This document shows positions 20,025 to 30,784 of a stretch of 64,000 nt of DNA, in pieces. The position numbers and the translations under genes are program-made. Source of the DNA: Marinilabiliales bacterium. GTDB taxonomy: Bacteria; Bacteroidota; Bacteroidia; Bacteroidales; F082. Under the pieces are notes generated by a model. That model saw only the letters and a list, made by a program, of their open reading frames with translations, was not told where the DNA came from and did not search any database. The stretch is taken from positions 7,910 to 71,909 of the forward strand of contig PKTD01000107.1 of the NCBI GenBank assembly GCA_002869315.1, given 5' to 3'. Each line of letters begins with the position of its first letter. The stretch's first letter is position 1.

Positions 20025-22784
20025 TTATCCGCATTTAGAGTGTCCGCATGATTTGCAAATCAAACAACCATCTTCGTAAATCAATGTATCTTCACCACAA
20101 TCAGGACATTTAGTATCGGTAACTGTACCATCAGGGATGAAACGTTTTAATGCCCTTACAACTCCATTTTTCCATGTATTGATATTATCTTCAGGGAAGT
20201 TTAGATTTCCAATTAAATCTATAACATAAGGTAATGGCATACCATGACGTAATACACCTGAAATAAGTTTTGCATAGTTCCAGAATGTTTCCTCAAAGGA
20301 GCGGGATAGAGCAGGCATTTTAATCTCGTAGCCTTGCTTATCCTTAAAGATAAAATCGTAGCGAGCATGATCATTTTTTGGTTTTACACGCTCTACAAAA
20401 CCAGTTTCCACATATGGAGGAATAAAGAAATCCTCAGCTTTACCGGTAAATATCTCATAAGGTTTATTATTAATCTTACCTATAACAGCTATCCATTTCT
20501 CATAGTTATTCTGAAAACGAATTACATCTGCTTCTAATATCTTAGGGCGTTTTGGGGCTCTTGATTCAACTATGTCGTTTTCGTTTTCTTCTTCTTTTTT
20601 AGTGTCATTATTAACCAATACTCCTGAACGTGATCCGTCACGATAAATAGTCATTCCTTTACAACCGCTTTTCCATGCAGTTAAATAAATATCACTAACC
20701 AATTCCTCTTTAGTATCAGCAGGAATATTAACTGTTACACTAATGGAGTGGTCAACCCATTTCTGAATATCACCCTGCATTTTTACCTTACTAACCCAGT
20801 TTATATCATTGGATGTTGCCTGATAGTAAGGTGAGTCTTTAATGATCTCATTTAATTCTTCATCAGGTTTATTCTTTACTTCTTGCACATCGTAACCATT
20901 AACCTGAAGCCATGTTTCAAATTTTGGGTGAAAAACATTATATTCTTCCCAGGAATCGCCAACTTCATCAACAAAGTTTACAACAACTTTCTTATCGTTT
21001 GGGTTTACCTTCCTTCTTCTTTTGTAGGAAACCATAAACACTGGTTCAATACCTGATGTGGTTTGAGTACAAATACTAACACTACCTGTAGGAGCAATAG
21101 TAAGCATAGAAATATTACGACGACCTACTTTGGTCATTTTTTCATATACATGAGGTGCATTTTCCTTTATTCTGTTTATGAAAGGATTTTTTAATTCTCT
21201 CTCAGCATCAAATATTGGGAAAGCACCTCTTTCTTCTGCAAGATCAACAGATCCCCTGTATACTTCTATTGCTAATAATTTATGTACCTCTGTTGAAAAT
21301 CTGATTGCTTCATCGGAGCCATATCTTAAGCCTAATGCTGCCAGCATATCGCCTTCAGCAGTAATGCCTATACCAGTTCTTCTTCCCTGAAGGGATTTTT
21401 CACGTATGTTTTCCCAGAGATTTCTCTCTGTTGCTTTTATCACTTCGGATTCAGGGTCAGCATCAATTTTCTTAAGTATACTATCAACTTTTTCTACTTC
21501 AAGATCAACTATATCGTCCATAATACGCTGAGCCATGCGGGAGTGTTTGGTAAACAAATCTCCATTAAAGTAAGCTTCACTGGTAAATGGATTCTCTACA
21601 TATGAGTATAAGTTTAATGCTAGCAAACGGCAACTGTCGTAAGGACAAAGTGGAATTTCACCACAAGGGTTAGTAGAAACAGTTTTAAAACCATAGTCAG
21701 TATAGTGGTCTGGTATCGACTCACGAATTACAGTGTCCCAGAAAAGAATTCCAGGTTCTGCTGATGACCATGCATTATGTACTATTTTGTTCCAGAGTTC
21801 TCTGGCATCAATTTCTTTTTTTACTACAGGGTTCTCTGAATTTATGGGATATTGCTGAATATAAGGAGTGCCATTTTCAACAGCCTTCATAAACTCATCA
21901 TCAAGTTTTACTGAAACATTGGCACCAGTAACTTTCCCCGATTCCATTTTTGCATCAATGAATCTTTCAGCATCCGGATGTTTAATTCCCATGCTTAGCA
22001 TTAGGGCACCACGCCTTCCATCTTGTGCTACTTCTCTTGTGGAATTGGAATACCTTTCCATGAAAGGAACTACGCCTGTAGAAGTTAGTGCTGTATTTTT
22101 TACCGGGCTTCCTCCAGGACGAATATGAGTAAGATCGTGACCTACACCACCTCTTCTCTTCATCAATTGAACCTGCTCCTGGTCGATTTTTAATATGCCG
22201 CCGTATGAATCAGAATCTCCATCGTTACCAATAACAAAACAGTTGGAAAGTGATGAAACCTGAAAATCATTTCCTATTCCCGCCATAGGGCTTCCTGATG
22301 GGATGATATATTTGAAGTTTTTAAGAGTTTGATATATCTCTTCCTCCGTCATGGGATTTTTATACTTCTGCTCTATTCTGGCAACTTCTCTTGCAATCCT
22401 GCGATGCATTTCATCGGGATTTTTTTCATAAAGATGTCCGTGGCTATCTTTTAAGGCATACTTATTTATCCAAACATTAGCTGCTAAAGTATCACCATTA
22501 AAATATTTTATTGAAGATTCCAATGCTTCCTCATGGGTAAATCTTCTTAGTTCTTTTTCTATAACTGATTGTTTTTCTTCAACCGTATTTTCGGTTGTTG
22601 GTTGTTGTGTTAATTTTAGTTTTGATACAGCAAGTGTGTCAACTTCCTCGTTCCTCATTTCCGATCTATTTCTTTCCTCTAAAACTTTATCATAAAACGA
22701 CTTCTCCTCTGTATTTTTTTCTTCTTCTTTCTGTATGCCTGTAGTGCCCTTGTTTTCTAGGCTGAAAAATAAATTTTCTTCCAT
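20025..22784 (-). CDS. nrdJ: class II (adenosylcobalamin-dependent) ribonucleotide reductase
   Basis: 919 aa. Motifs NPCGEIPL, SNCF and TIAPTGS, and a C-terminal Cys cluster CPDCGEDTLIYEDGCLICKSCGHSKCG. About 90 aa of charged low-complexity N-terminal extension. Confidence 0.85.
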   Translation of the reverse strand: MEENLFFSLENKGTTGIQKEEEKNTEEKSFYDKVLEERNRSEMRNEEVDTLAVSKLKLTQQPTTENTVEEKQSVIEKELRRFTHEEALESSIKYFNGDTLAANVWINKYALKDSHGHLYEKNPDEMHRRIAREVARIEQKYKNPMTEEEIYQTLKNFKYIIPSGSPMAGIGNDFQVSSLSNCFVIGNDGDSDSYGGILKIDQEQVQLMKRRGGVGHDLTHIRPGGSPVKNTALTSTGVVPFMERYSNSTREVAQDGRRGALMLSMGIKHPDAERFIDAKMESGKVTGANVSVKLDDEFMKAVENGTPYIQQYPINSENPVVKKEIDARELWNKIVHNAWSSAEPGILFWDTVIRESIPDHYTDYGFKTVSTNPCGEIPLCPYDSCRLLALNLYSYVENPFTSEAYFNGDLFTKHSRMAQRIMDDIVDLEVEKVDSILKKIDADPESEVIKATERNLWENIREKSLQGRRTGIGITAEGDMLAALGLRYGSDEAIRFSTEVHKLLAIEVYRGSVDLAEERGAFPIFDAERELKNPFINRIKENAPHVYEKMTKVGRRNISMLTIAPTGSVSICTQTTSGIEPVFMVSYKRRRKVNPNDKKVVVNFVDEVGDSWEEYNVFHPKFETWLQVNGYDVQEVKNKPDEELNEIIKDSPYYQATSNDINWVSKVKMQGDIQKWVDHSISVTVNIPADTKEELVSDIYLTAWKSGCKGMTIYRDGSRSGVLVNNDTKKEEENENDIVESRAPKRPKILEADVIRFQNNYEKWIAVIGKINNKPYEIFTGKAEDFFIPPYVETGFVERVKPKNDHARYDFIFKDKQGYEIKMPALSRSFEETFWNYAKLISGVLRHGMPLPYVIDLIGNLNFPEDNINTWKNGVVRALKRFIPDGTVTDTKCPDCGEDTLIYEDGCLICKSCGHSKCG

Positions 22785-23207
22785 GGAGTTCTTTAATTTG
22801 CTAATGGTTTATAATGATATAATGCTACTAATCAAGAAGATAAAAAATTATCTGATGCTGATTTTTCAGATTGCAATATACAAAGTAAATTACCTAACTC
22901 TCTCTAAATTTATTAACATTATACATGTGAAAAAGTTTAAATTGCGGATAATAAAGCTGTTAGATTATTAAAATAAAATCTTTCCTACAATTTTCATTTT
23001 TTGGCACAATTTTAATAGGGAATTTTTTCATTTTTTTTCATCCTAAACTTATATTTCTGTATGGCCTATAAACACTAGGTAAATGGAATAAGTCTAAATA
23101 ATATATGACTATATTTCAAATAATTACTGTTAATTAAATAACATTATTTATGCATAATATTTTACTTAATTTTGAATAAGAAAACGCTAATTTTAGAAAA
23201 AATGAAA

Positions 23208-26200
23208 TTAAAAATCTAAACTTAGTGAAAGGTAGTAAACAGGCTCGCTTATTCTGTAATCTTCAACTCCCCATGAAACATCTCCTCTGATAAAATATCC
23301 CAACAAATGTATACGTGCTCCTAATCCAAAACCTCCAACAATGGGTTCTTTTTGTCGTTGAACAGATATATTAAAAGTACCACTGGATATATATTTAGTG
23401 AACAATGCATTTTCTGTACTATAGGGATTCCAGCCAGTCCATGCAGTTCCCAAATCTCCGAATCCTACTAGCTGAAAGTTTCTTAAGAAACTGGAACTTA
23501 GAGGTGTTTTTGAAAAATACTGGAAAAGAGGAAATCTTAACTCTGTATTAATAACAGCAAAACTATTTCCATTTCTTACATTCTGATAAAATCCCCTCAT
23601 ATTAGTAGCTAAAGTTTGATAAGCATAGCCCTGGTCATAGTCAACAGGAGTGTCGCTATTAAATTTTGGTATAAGCCAGTTATCTACTCCACCCATATAA
23701 TAAATTAATGGACTTGCTCCAAAAGAGGTGCTGACAGCAATTCTGTTTGCCCAAATAAAGGATCTGCTTATACGTGTATAATGTCTGAAATCTGCTCCTA
23801 GAACAAATAAATCATACATTTTACCGGGATCAATAGTTCCATTACCATTAAGGTACCAGAACATTTTGCTGTATTCTGCAAATATTTTATAACGTGTACC
23901 CAGTAAGAGGTTCATGCCCAGAGTTCGGGTGTTATCATAAACTAATTCAGCCTTTAGTCCTGCCCAATTAGCATATCTATTTTGGAATTCTAAAGTAGGC
24001 TGGTCAGTTGAGAGTGTTACGAACATTTCATTTTTATATTGCGCAGTACCTCTCACGCTTAAAGCTTCATTAAAAGGCCATTTAAGCATATAAAATAATT
24101 CATGTGTATGTATTCTTTCCAAGGAAAAACCGGTAAAGTATTCTATTGAATTTCTATGGAAAGTAATTTCTTTATCCAACCTCTTCTTTAAGTTGGAGTA
24201 ACTGGCAACATATTCATTATTTACAAAATTAAAGTTAAACCTAACACCTCCGATTATTCGGTGATCTTCCATCAAATCAGTAATAGCAACTTTTAAAAAC
24301 ACATTAAAACCTGGGTTAAGGTAGATAGGCGACTGGCCACCGCTGAATTGCTGATAACTATAGTTTATATAATTGAAATCAACCTGAGAAACTAAATTGT
24401 TTATGTAATATGAAGTATAGTAATTTCTCCTTTTGGGTATAATAAAATTAGAATCACCAAAACTGCTTACGGAGTTTGAAATGCTTATTGAAATTCCATC
24501 ATCTGTTTTAATAGTTCCCCTTCTGGCTACTCTTCCCACCACTTCTTTTCCCTCAGGATCTTTATAGACCATGAAGAATTTTTTTGTTTCTATTTTCTTT
24601 TCAGCCTGAGATTCTGACTTATTTTCATCAGGTTTTTCTTTCTTAGTTTGCTTACTTATAATTGGTTTGTTTACTTTTTTAGATTTTTCATTATTAATGA
24701 TTAAAGCTTGCATAAATCTGGTTTTTCTATCCAGTATAATATCTGCATTATTGTAATTACTTAAATCTTCAGTATATATTTTGTATTTGCTGTCATTGTA
24801 TATCAAATAAGCAGTTTTTCCGGCTTTAGCCGAAGTGTTTTTGTATAAAATGTTAACACCCAGATTAGTAAGAGGTTTAGTGTTAACGAAATATCTATAA
24901 TGCACACTTGTGTCAACTGAAACTACGCTACTATCAATGGTAGCCATATAGTTATTTATAATTCCTGATTCATCACTTAAATAAGTAAGCTTGTTAAAAC
25001 TAATTTCTTCAGCATTTAGTTCATTCGCAATGGGTGTATTAGTAATTCTCTTAAGCAAGGGATCACGAAGTTTATAGTCGTATATAAATAGGTCGAAAGT
25101 ATTTGAAAAACCGTAAAAGTCATTTTTCTGAACGCCAATAGTATCATTTAACCTATTGGATGAAAAGACTATACGTGATGAATTATTAATAAATCTTGGA
25201 TTTAGATCAGTTGACAAATCATCGGTAATTTTATCGAAAGAACTGGCGGCTATATTAAAAACAAATATATCAGATTGACCATTTTGAACCGCCGACATTA
25301 CCATATAATTGCCATTGGAAGAATATGAAAAGTCTATTATTTTCTGTACCTGATAAAATACCTGAGTATTAAATGACTTCTCCTCAACATCATACATCAA
25401 TAATTTAGGTATTCCTTTTTTCTCAATTATTATGGCTAAAATTCTACCCCCCGGATGCCAACTAATTAATGGGTAACTATAGTCTGTTTTTGTGTCAATA
25501 AGAACACCACCTTGTAGTATTTTTTTTCTTTTTCCAGTTAATGTATTATAAATATACACCTTGTATTTGCCCATTTCATTGGTAGTATATGCAATGAATT
25601 GTCCATCGGGGCTAATGTTTGGCTGCCCATTTACAATATTATCTTTATATTTTATTGGTAATAAATTCTTTGGCAGATTATCATCAATGTTAAATCCCTT
25701 ATACTCATTTTCATAATAATCGTGCCATTCCCGCATTAATACTTTAAATGGCATTCCTATAACATACATAAACCCTTTTTCAATACTATTGGTAGCTGAG
25801 GTCATATGTATAATGTTGCTAACGCTGGATTTTCCATATTTTTCAGCTACAAACTTCCAAAGTGAGTGACCAGCATAAATGGCATCTCTTCCATCTAGGT
25901 TATTTACCTTTTTATAGCGACCCGATAAAATACCATCTCTTACTTTGTTGTCAAACTCAACACTCCAATCTTCACTTAAGTAAGAAATAAGTCCTACTTT
26001 ATACCAGTTAGGAAGTGAAAAGAAAGTAGATGTTTTTACTTGCTGCCCCATTGTACCACCAAACATCATTTGATTGAATAAGACCTCGGCTATACCAGAA
26101 TTTATTTGTTTTTGCAGATTAAGATGATTACCATCGAAGTAAATCATAATTCTGGATCCGATAATATGTGTAATTCCACCGGTATTATATTCCAACTCTG

Positions 26201-26483
26201 AGGCAAGGCCAATATTACTTTGTTTTAAATCACCAAGTTTATTAAAAATTATAAACTGCATTCTTTTGTCGAGGCCGCTACCAACTTTTTCTTCCATTAC
26301 AGGAATTTGCTGTTGTGCGTATCTTCCAGTATACTGAGCAAGTTCTTTTCCGTTTAAATAAAAGTAAGTGTCGAAATCATCAAATTTGTAATATGTCCAT
26401 AGAAACTCCTGATATTGAACACGATTCTTTCCAAAAGACATATTCGACCCATTATAAAATTGGGCAATGGAATTTAAAGGCAT
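23208..26483 (-). CDS. large outer-membrane protein: TolB/PD40-like beta-propeller repeats, Lys/Glu-rich linker, C-terminal Omp85-like beta-barrel
   Basis: 1091 aa from the first ATG. PD40-like repeat (PDGQFIAYTTNEMGKYKVYIYNTLTGK). C-terminal half rich in alternating aromatic beta-strands and ends in ...YYLSLSLDF. The reading frame stays open upstream to 26567 and encodes the missing part of a signal peptide (see findings). Confidence 0.6.
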   Translation of the reverse strand: MPLNSIAQFYNGSNMSFGKNRVQYQEFLWTYYKFDDFDTYFYLNGKELAQYTGRYAQQQIPVMEEKVGSGLDKRMQFIIFNKLGDLKQSNIGLASELEYNTGGITHIIGSRIMIYFDGNHLNLQKQINSGIAEVLFNQMMFGGTMGQQVKTSTFFSLPNWYKVGLISYLSEDWSVEFDNKVRDGILSGRYKKVNNLDGRDAIYAGHSLWKFVAEKYGKSSVSNIIHMTSATNSIEKGFMYVIGMPFKVLMREWHDYYENEYKGFNIDDNLPKNLLPIKYKDNIVNGQPNISPDGQFIAYTTNEMGKYKVYIYNTLTGKRKKILQGGVLIDTKTDYSYPLISWHPGGRILAIIIEKKGIPKLLMYDVEEKSFNTQVFYQVQKIIDFSYSSNGNYMVMSAVQNGQSDIFVFNIAASSFDKITDDLSTDLNPRFINNSSRIVFSSNRLNDTIGVQKNDFYGFSNTFDLFIYDYKLRDPLLKRITNTPIANELNAEEISFNKLTYLSDESGIINNYMATIDSSVVSVDTSVHYRYFVNTKPLTNLGVNILYKNTSAKAGKTAYLIYNDSKYKIYTEDLSNYNNADIILDRKTRFMQALIINNEKSKKVNKPIISKQTKKEKPDENKSESQAEKKIETKKFFMVYKDPEGKEVVGRVARRGTIKTDDGISISISNSVSSFGDSNFIIPKRRNYYTSYYINNLVSQVDFNYINYSYQQFSGGQSPIYLNPGFNVFLKVAITDLMEDHRIIGGVRFNFNFVNNEYVASYSNLKKRLDKEITFHRNSIEYFTGFSLERIHTHELFYMLKWPFNEALSVRGTAQYKNEMFVTLSTDQPTLEFQNRYANWAGLKAELVYDNTRTLGMNLLLGTRYKIFAEYSKMFWYLNGNGTIDPGKMYDLFVLGADFRHYTRISRSFIWANRIAVSTSFGASPLIYYMGGVDNWLIPKFNSDTPVDYDQGYAYQTLATNMRGFYQNVRNGNSFAVINTELRFPLFQYFSKTPLSSSFLRNFQLVGFGDLGTAWTGWNPYSTENALFTKYISSGTFNISVQRQKEPIVGGFGLGARIHLLGYFIRGDVSWGVEDYRISEPVYYLSLSLDF

Positions 26484-26683
26484 TAAAAAAATGCATAATA
26501 GGAAAATTCCATTAAAAAATGGAAGTTTCCAGAACCCCTTATTTTTATGGTAATTGTTAATAATTTGCTATATTTATGTTGCTAAATTAACACAAAATTT
26601 AAACCAATATTGTCTGTATAAGCGCTTATTGTTAAATAATTCAAAAAAAGCATTATTCAGAATACTTATTAAATTTGTAGGTT

Positions 26684-26691
26684 TAAATTTG
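26684..26691 (+). promoter_or_regulatory. candidate -7 promoter box (TAAATTTG)
   Basis: TAnnTTTG match 17 nt upstream of the ATG at 26709. A second copy lies at 26670-26677. Confidence 0.3.
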
Positions 26692-26708
26692 TACACAAAT
26701 CAATCTAT

Positions 26709-27365
26709 ATGATAAGCGTAAAGAGATTTCCATTTAACCCCTATCAGGTTAACACCTATGTTTTGCATGATGAAACAGGAAAGTGCATAATCATTGATCC
26801 GGGCATGGATGGTGCGGAGGAGATAGCAGAGTTTGAAAACTATCTGGAAACTAATAATCTAAGCCCTGTAATGTTGGTAAATACTCATGCTCATATTGAT
26901 CATATAATAGCTAATCATTATGTGAGTGAAAAATATGGAATTTCCCTTGCAGCGCATTCCGATAGTACTGGATTTATTGAAAATGCAGTAGTTTATGCTT
27001 CATCATTCGGATTAGAAATGGCAGATGTAAAAAGCATTGACGAGTTTTTGGTTGACAATCAGCATATGGAATTTGGTAATTCCAAACTTAAGATCCTGGA
27101 AACACCTGGTCATGCTGATGGTAGCATTTGTCTTTATAGTGAAGAAGATAATTTTGTAATTACTGGAGATGTTCTTTTTAGAGAAAGTATTGGAAGAACA
27201 GATCTTAAAACAGGAGATTACGATCTATTGCAAAAAAGTATCTGGGAAAAGTTATTTGTACTTCCAGATAATACTAATGTTTATCCTGGTCATGGACCCT
27301 CAACTAATATTGGGTTTGAGAAAGTTCATAATCCATTTGTAGCTATTGGTAAAGAATTAGACTAA
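26709..27365 (+). CDS. MBL-fold metallo-hydrolase (glyoxalase II-like)
   Basis: 218 aa. HxHxDH motif (THAHIDH), a downstream PGHADG, and a terminal YPGHG. Confidence 0.8.
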   Translation: MISVKRFPFNPYQVNTYVLHDETGKCIIIDPGMDGAEEIAEFENYLETNNLSPVMLVNTHAHIDHIIANHYVSEKYGISLAAHSDSTGFIENAVVYASSFGLEMADVKSIDEFLVDNQHMEFGNSKLKILETPGHADGSICLYSEEDNFVITGDVLFRESIGRTDLKTGDYDLLQKSIWEKLFVLPDNTNVYPGHGPSTNIGFEKVHNPFVAIGKELD

Positions 27366-27390
27366 ATACCTAAGTTAAAATACTAAAACT

Positions 27391-28386
27391 CTATTTGCTA
27401 AACATTAACTGTGTTACGCTCTTTATAATCATTTCCTCATTTTGATTGTACATACATTTAAAATGTACTTTTGGACATTTATTATGGCCTAATTTACTAC
27501 ACGGTCTGCATTTTAAACCCCCAACTTCTGCTATCGTGAATTTTTCTTTATTGGCTGGCATATATGGGTACATCACAAATTCTGGTATTGTATTCCCCCA
27601 AATACTAATAATAGGTTTTTGAAAAGCAGCAGCAATATGCATCAATCCGGTGTCGTTGGACAATACCAGTGATGATTGTTTTATTAGCGAAGCAGATCCA
27701 TTTAATGAAAATTGACCACAGGCATTAATTACCAAATTACTTTTACTTAACATAACTACCTCATCGCCCCTCTTCTTGTCCTCAGGTCCGCCTAAAAGCA
27801 CAACAGCTTTGCTTAAACGAGAAGCAATTGAGGCTACTTTTTCAGACGGTAGAACTTTTGTAACATGTTGTCCTCCAATTACAAATGCTATAAAACCATC
27901 ATTTAATTTTTCATGCAAAACTGATGGTTTAACAGTATATTTATCTGGCATATAATATTCCAGCCCTTTGTCATCAATTTTAACGTTTAAAGAATTTACA
28001 GCCTCAAAATATCTTTCAACTATATGCTTATGTGGAAGTTTGTTTATTTTGAAGTTCACAAGCAACCACTTTTCAATATTTAGTTTTGGAAATGAAGCAT
28101 GGGGGATTTTTAATTTTCTTGTTAGTTTAATGGATCTTAAATTCTTTTGTAAATCAACTATAAAGTCGTATTTCTCATTTTTCAGATCTTCAATTACTTC
28201 ATTTGTGCTCTTGTTAAATGCAAAAACTCTGCTAATTCTTGGGTTGTCTTTATAGATATCAAAATACCTTTTTTTAGTTAATGCATGTATTTCGCATTTC
28301 AGTTGTTCTTTTAAGGCTCTTATAATGGGAGTAGTAAGAACAATATCTCCAATTGAGCTAAATCGTATAACTAGTATTTTTTTCAA
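27391..28386 (-). CDS. glycosyltransferase family 9 (LPS heptosyltransferase-like)
   Basis: 331 aa. N-terminal KILVIRFSSIGDIVLTTPIIRALK and C-terminal NDTGLMHIAAA are typical GT9 signatures. Confidence 0.8.
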   Translation of the reverse strand: MKKILVIRFSSIGDIVLTTPIIRALKEQLKCEIHALTKKRYFDIYKDNPRISRVFAFNKSTNEVIEDLKNEKYDFIVDLQKNLRSIKLTRKLKIPHASFPKLNIEKWLLVNFKINKLPHKHIVERYFEAVNSLNVKIDDKGLEYYMPDKYTVKPSVLHEKLNDGFIAFVIGGQHVTKVLPSEKVASIASRLSKAVVLLGGPEDKKRGDEVVMLSKSNLVINACGQFSLNGSASLIKQSSLVLSNDTGLMHIAAAFQKPIISIWGNTIPEFVMYPYMPANKEKFTIAEVGGLKCRPCSKLGHNKCPKVHFKCMYNQNEEMIIKSVTQLMFSK

Positions 28387-28464
28387 TTCGTTAAGATTTT
28401 TTACAAAAGTAATTAATAATACATATTTACCAAATTTGACAACAAAAGACTATTGCATTTTTCC

Positions 28465-28472
28465 TATTTTTG
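28465..28472 (+). promoter_or_regulatory. candidate -7 promoter box (TATTTTTG)
   Basis: TAnnTTTG match 29 nt upstream of the trpS ATG. Confidence 0.3.
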
Positions 28473-28500
28473 CCGATTAATTGATTTATAATATTTAACG

Positions 28501-29508
28501 ATGGAAAAGAAGCCAATTGTATTGAGTGGTATCAGACCAACAGGAAATTTACATTTAGGAAATTATTTTGGTGCAGTAAAGAATTTTGTAAAAATGCAGG
28601 AAGAAAATGAATGTTATTTTTTTATTGCAGATTATCATTCACTTACTACGCATCCAAAACCAAAGGATTTACAAGCCAATGTTCGTCAGGTTTTGGTAGA
28701 GTATTTAGCTGCAGGTCTGGATCCAGAGAAATCTACTTTATATCTTCAAAGTGATATACCTGAAACTGCCGAACTTTATCTTTTTCTTAATATGAATGCT
28801 TATTTGGGGGAACTTCAAAAAGTAACCACTTTTAAAGATAAAGCACGTAAACAGCCTGAAAATGTTAATGCAGGTTTACTTACTTATCCTACCCTAATGG
28901 CATCTGATATACTTATCCATCGTTCACATATGGTCCCTGTAGGGAAAGATCAGGAACAGCATTTGGAAATGACACGTACATATGCAAAACGATTCAACCG
29001 TATGTATAAAACTGATTTTTTCCCTATTCCAAGAGCATTTAATTTTGGAGAACAATTGGTGAAAATACCGGGGCTGGATGGTTCTGGTAAAATGGGTAAA
29101 TCTGAAGGAGAAGGTAATGCAGTATTTTTAAATGATGATCCAAAAGTACTCCGAAAAAAAGTAATGCGCGCTGTTAGTGATAGTGGTCCTACTGAAATGA
29201 ATCAGGAAAAACCTGAACCTATTCAAAATCTTTTTTCATTGTTAAGAGCAGTTTCTAAACCTGATGTACTCGATTATTTTGAAGATCAGTACAATAATTG
29301 CAATATACGTTATGGTGATTTAAAAAAGCAATTGGCTGAAGATATGATTGCTTTTACAGAACCTTTCAGAGAAAGAATTGCTGAGATTTCAGCAGACCAG
29401 GAGTATATTACCAAGGTAATGGATATGGGTGCAGAAAAGGCAAGAATTAGTGCTCAAAATACTGTTAGAGGTGTTAGAGAAATTATAGGGTTCAGAAAGA
29501 TTTATTAA
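28501..29508 (+). CDS. trpS: tryptophan--tRNA ligase
   Basis: 335 aa. Class I HIGH motif (GNLHLGNY) and KMSKS motif (KMGKS). Confidence 0.9.
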   Translation: MEKKPIVLSGIRPTGNLHLGNYFGAVKNFVKMQEENECYFFIADYHSLTTHPKPKDLQANVRQVLVEYLAAGLDPEKSTLYLQSDIPETAELYLFLNMNAYLGELQKVTTFKDKARKQPENVNAGLLTYPTLMASDILIHRSHMVPVGKDQEQHLEMTRTYAKRFNRMYKTDFFPIPRAFNFGEQLVKIPGLDGSGKMGKSEGEGNAVFLNDDPKVLRKKVMRAVSDSGPTEMNQEKPEPIQNLFSLLRAVSKPDVLDYFEDQYNNCNIRYGDLKKQLAEDMIAFTEPFRERIAEISADQEYITKVMDMGAEKARISAQNTVRGVREIIGFRKIY

Positions 29509-29547
29509 ATTGCTCATTATTAAAAACTAAAACAAGGGAAATATATT

Positions 29548-30747
29548 TTGCTTGAGAAAAAAGAAACACAATTAAAAAAAGCTAAAGAAACAGCTGTTCT
29601 GGTTGGGATATCATCTAAATCAGAGGGAAGTGAGAAAATACACGAATATCTTGATGAACTGGAGTTTTTAGTAAAAACTGCAGGAGGTAAAACTATGGAG
29701 CGTTTTATACAGTCCTTGGATTTTCCTAATCCTAAAACATATGTGGGCAGTGGTAAACTTCAGGAAATAAAGGAATACATAAAAATTCAAGAAATTGAAC
29801 TTGTAGTTTTTGATGATGAATTAAGCCCTTCTCAGTTAAGAAATGTTGAGAAAGAATTGGAATGTAAAATTTTAGATCGCACAAATTTAATATTAGACAT
29901 ATTTGCTAAAAGGGCTCAAACATCACATGCTAAAGTGCAGGTAGAATTAGCGCAATATCAATACTTATTACCTCGCCTAACCAGAATGTGGACTCACCTC
30001 GAGCGTCAAAAAGGAGGAATAGGATTACGCGGTCCGGGAGAAACGGAAATTGAAACTGACCGCCGTATAATCCGCGATAAAATCAGCCTTCTTAAAAAGC
30101 GACTTACTCAAATAGACAAGCAAATGTCTACCCAGCGTAAAAATCGTGGGGAACTAATTAGAGTTGCATTAGTTTGATATACAAATGTTGGAAAATCTAC
30201 AATTATGAACCTTCTTAGTAAATCGGAAGTGTTTGCAGAAAATAAGTTATTTGCAACACTCGATACTACTGTACGAAAGGTAGTAATTGATAACTTACCT
30301 TTTCTGCTTTCTGATACTGTTGGGTTTATACGGAAACTTCCTCACGGACTTGTAGAGTCATTCAAGTCGACACTTGACGAAGTAAGAGAATCAGATATTT
30401 TAGTTCACGTTGTGGATATTTCTCATCCTGAATTTGAAGATCATATTGCTACTGTTACACAAACTCTTTCTGAAATTGGAGCTGCCGATAAAAAAGTAAT
30501 AATGGTCTTCAACAAAGTAGATGCATATACCTGGGAGGAAAAAGAGGATGACGACTTAACTCCTACAACTAAAGATAACATTAGTTTAGAAGAACTAAAA
30601 AATACATGGATGGCAAAGGAAAATAATCCTTGCATCTTTATCTCTGCTATTACAAAAGAAAATTATCATGAGTTTCGTAAACTATTATATGATAATATAA
30701 AAGAAATTCATGCCATTAGATATCCATATAATAATTTTCTCTATTAA
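29548..30747 (+). pseudogene. hflX: GTPase HflX interrupted by one in-frame TGA at 30175-30177
   Basis: ORFs 29548-30177 and 30205-30747 share a frame. Across the stop the translation reads RVALV*YTNVGKST, against the conserved HflX sequence VALVGYTNAGKST. The N-terminal part has GPGETEIETDRR. The C-terminal part has G3 DTVGF and G4 NKVD. TTG start. Confidence 0.85.
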
Positions 30748-30784
30748 TGATTTTTGAACTGCTTTAAGCAAAAAGTAAATTTTT

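Noticed and set aside
23002-23020. Sigma-54 promoter-like TGGCAC (TTGGCACAATTTTAATAGG). A second TGGCAC occurs near 4196.
   Set aside because: The -12 element (TTGC) is absent at the required 5-nt spacing in both cases.
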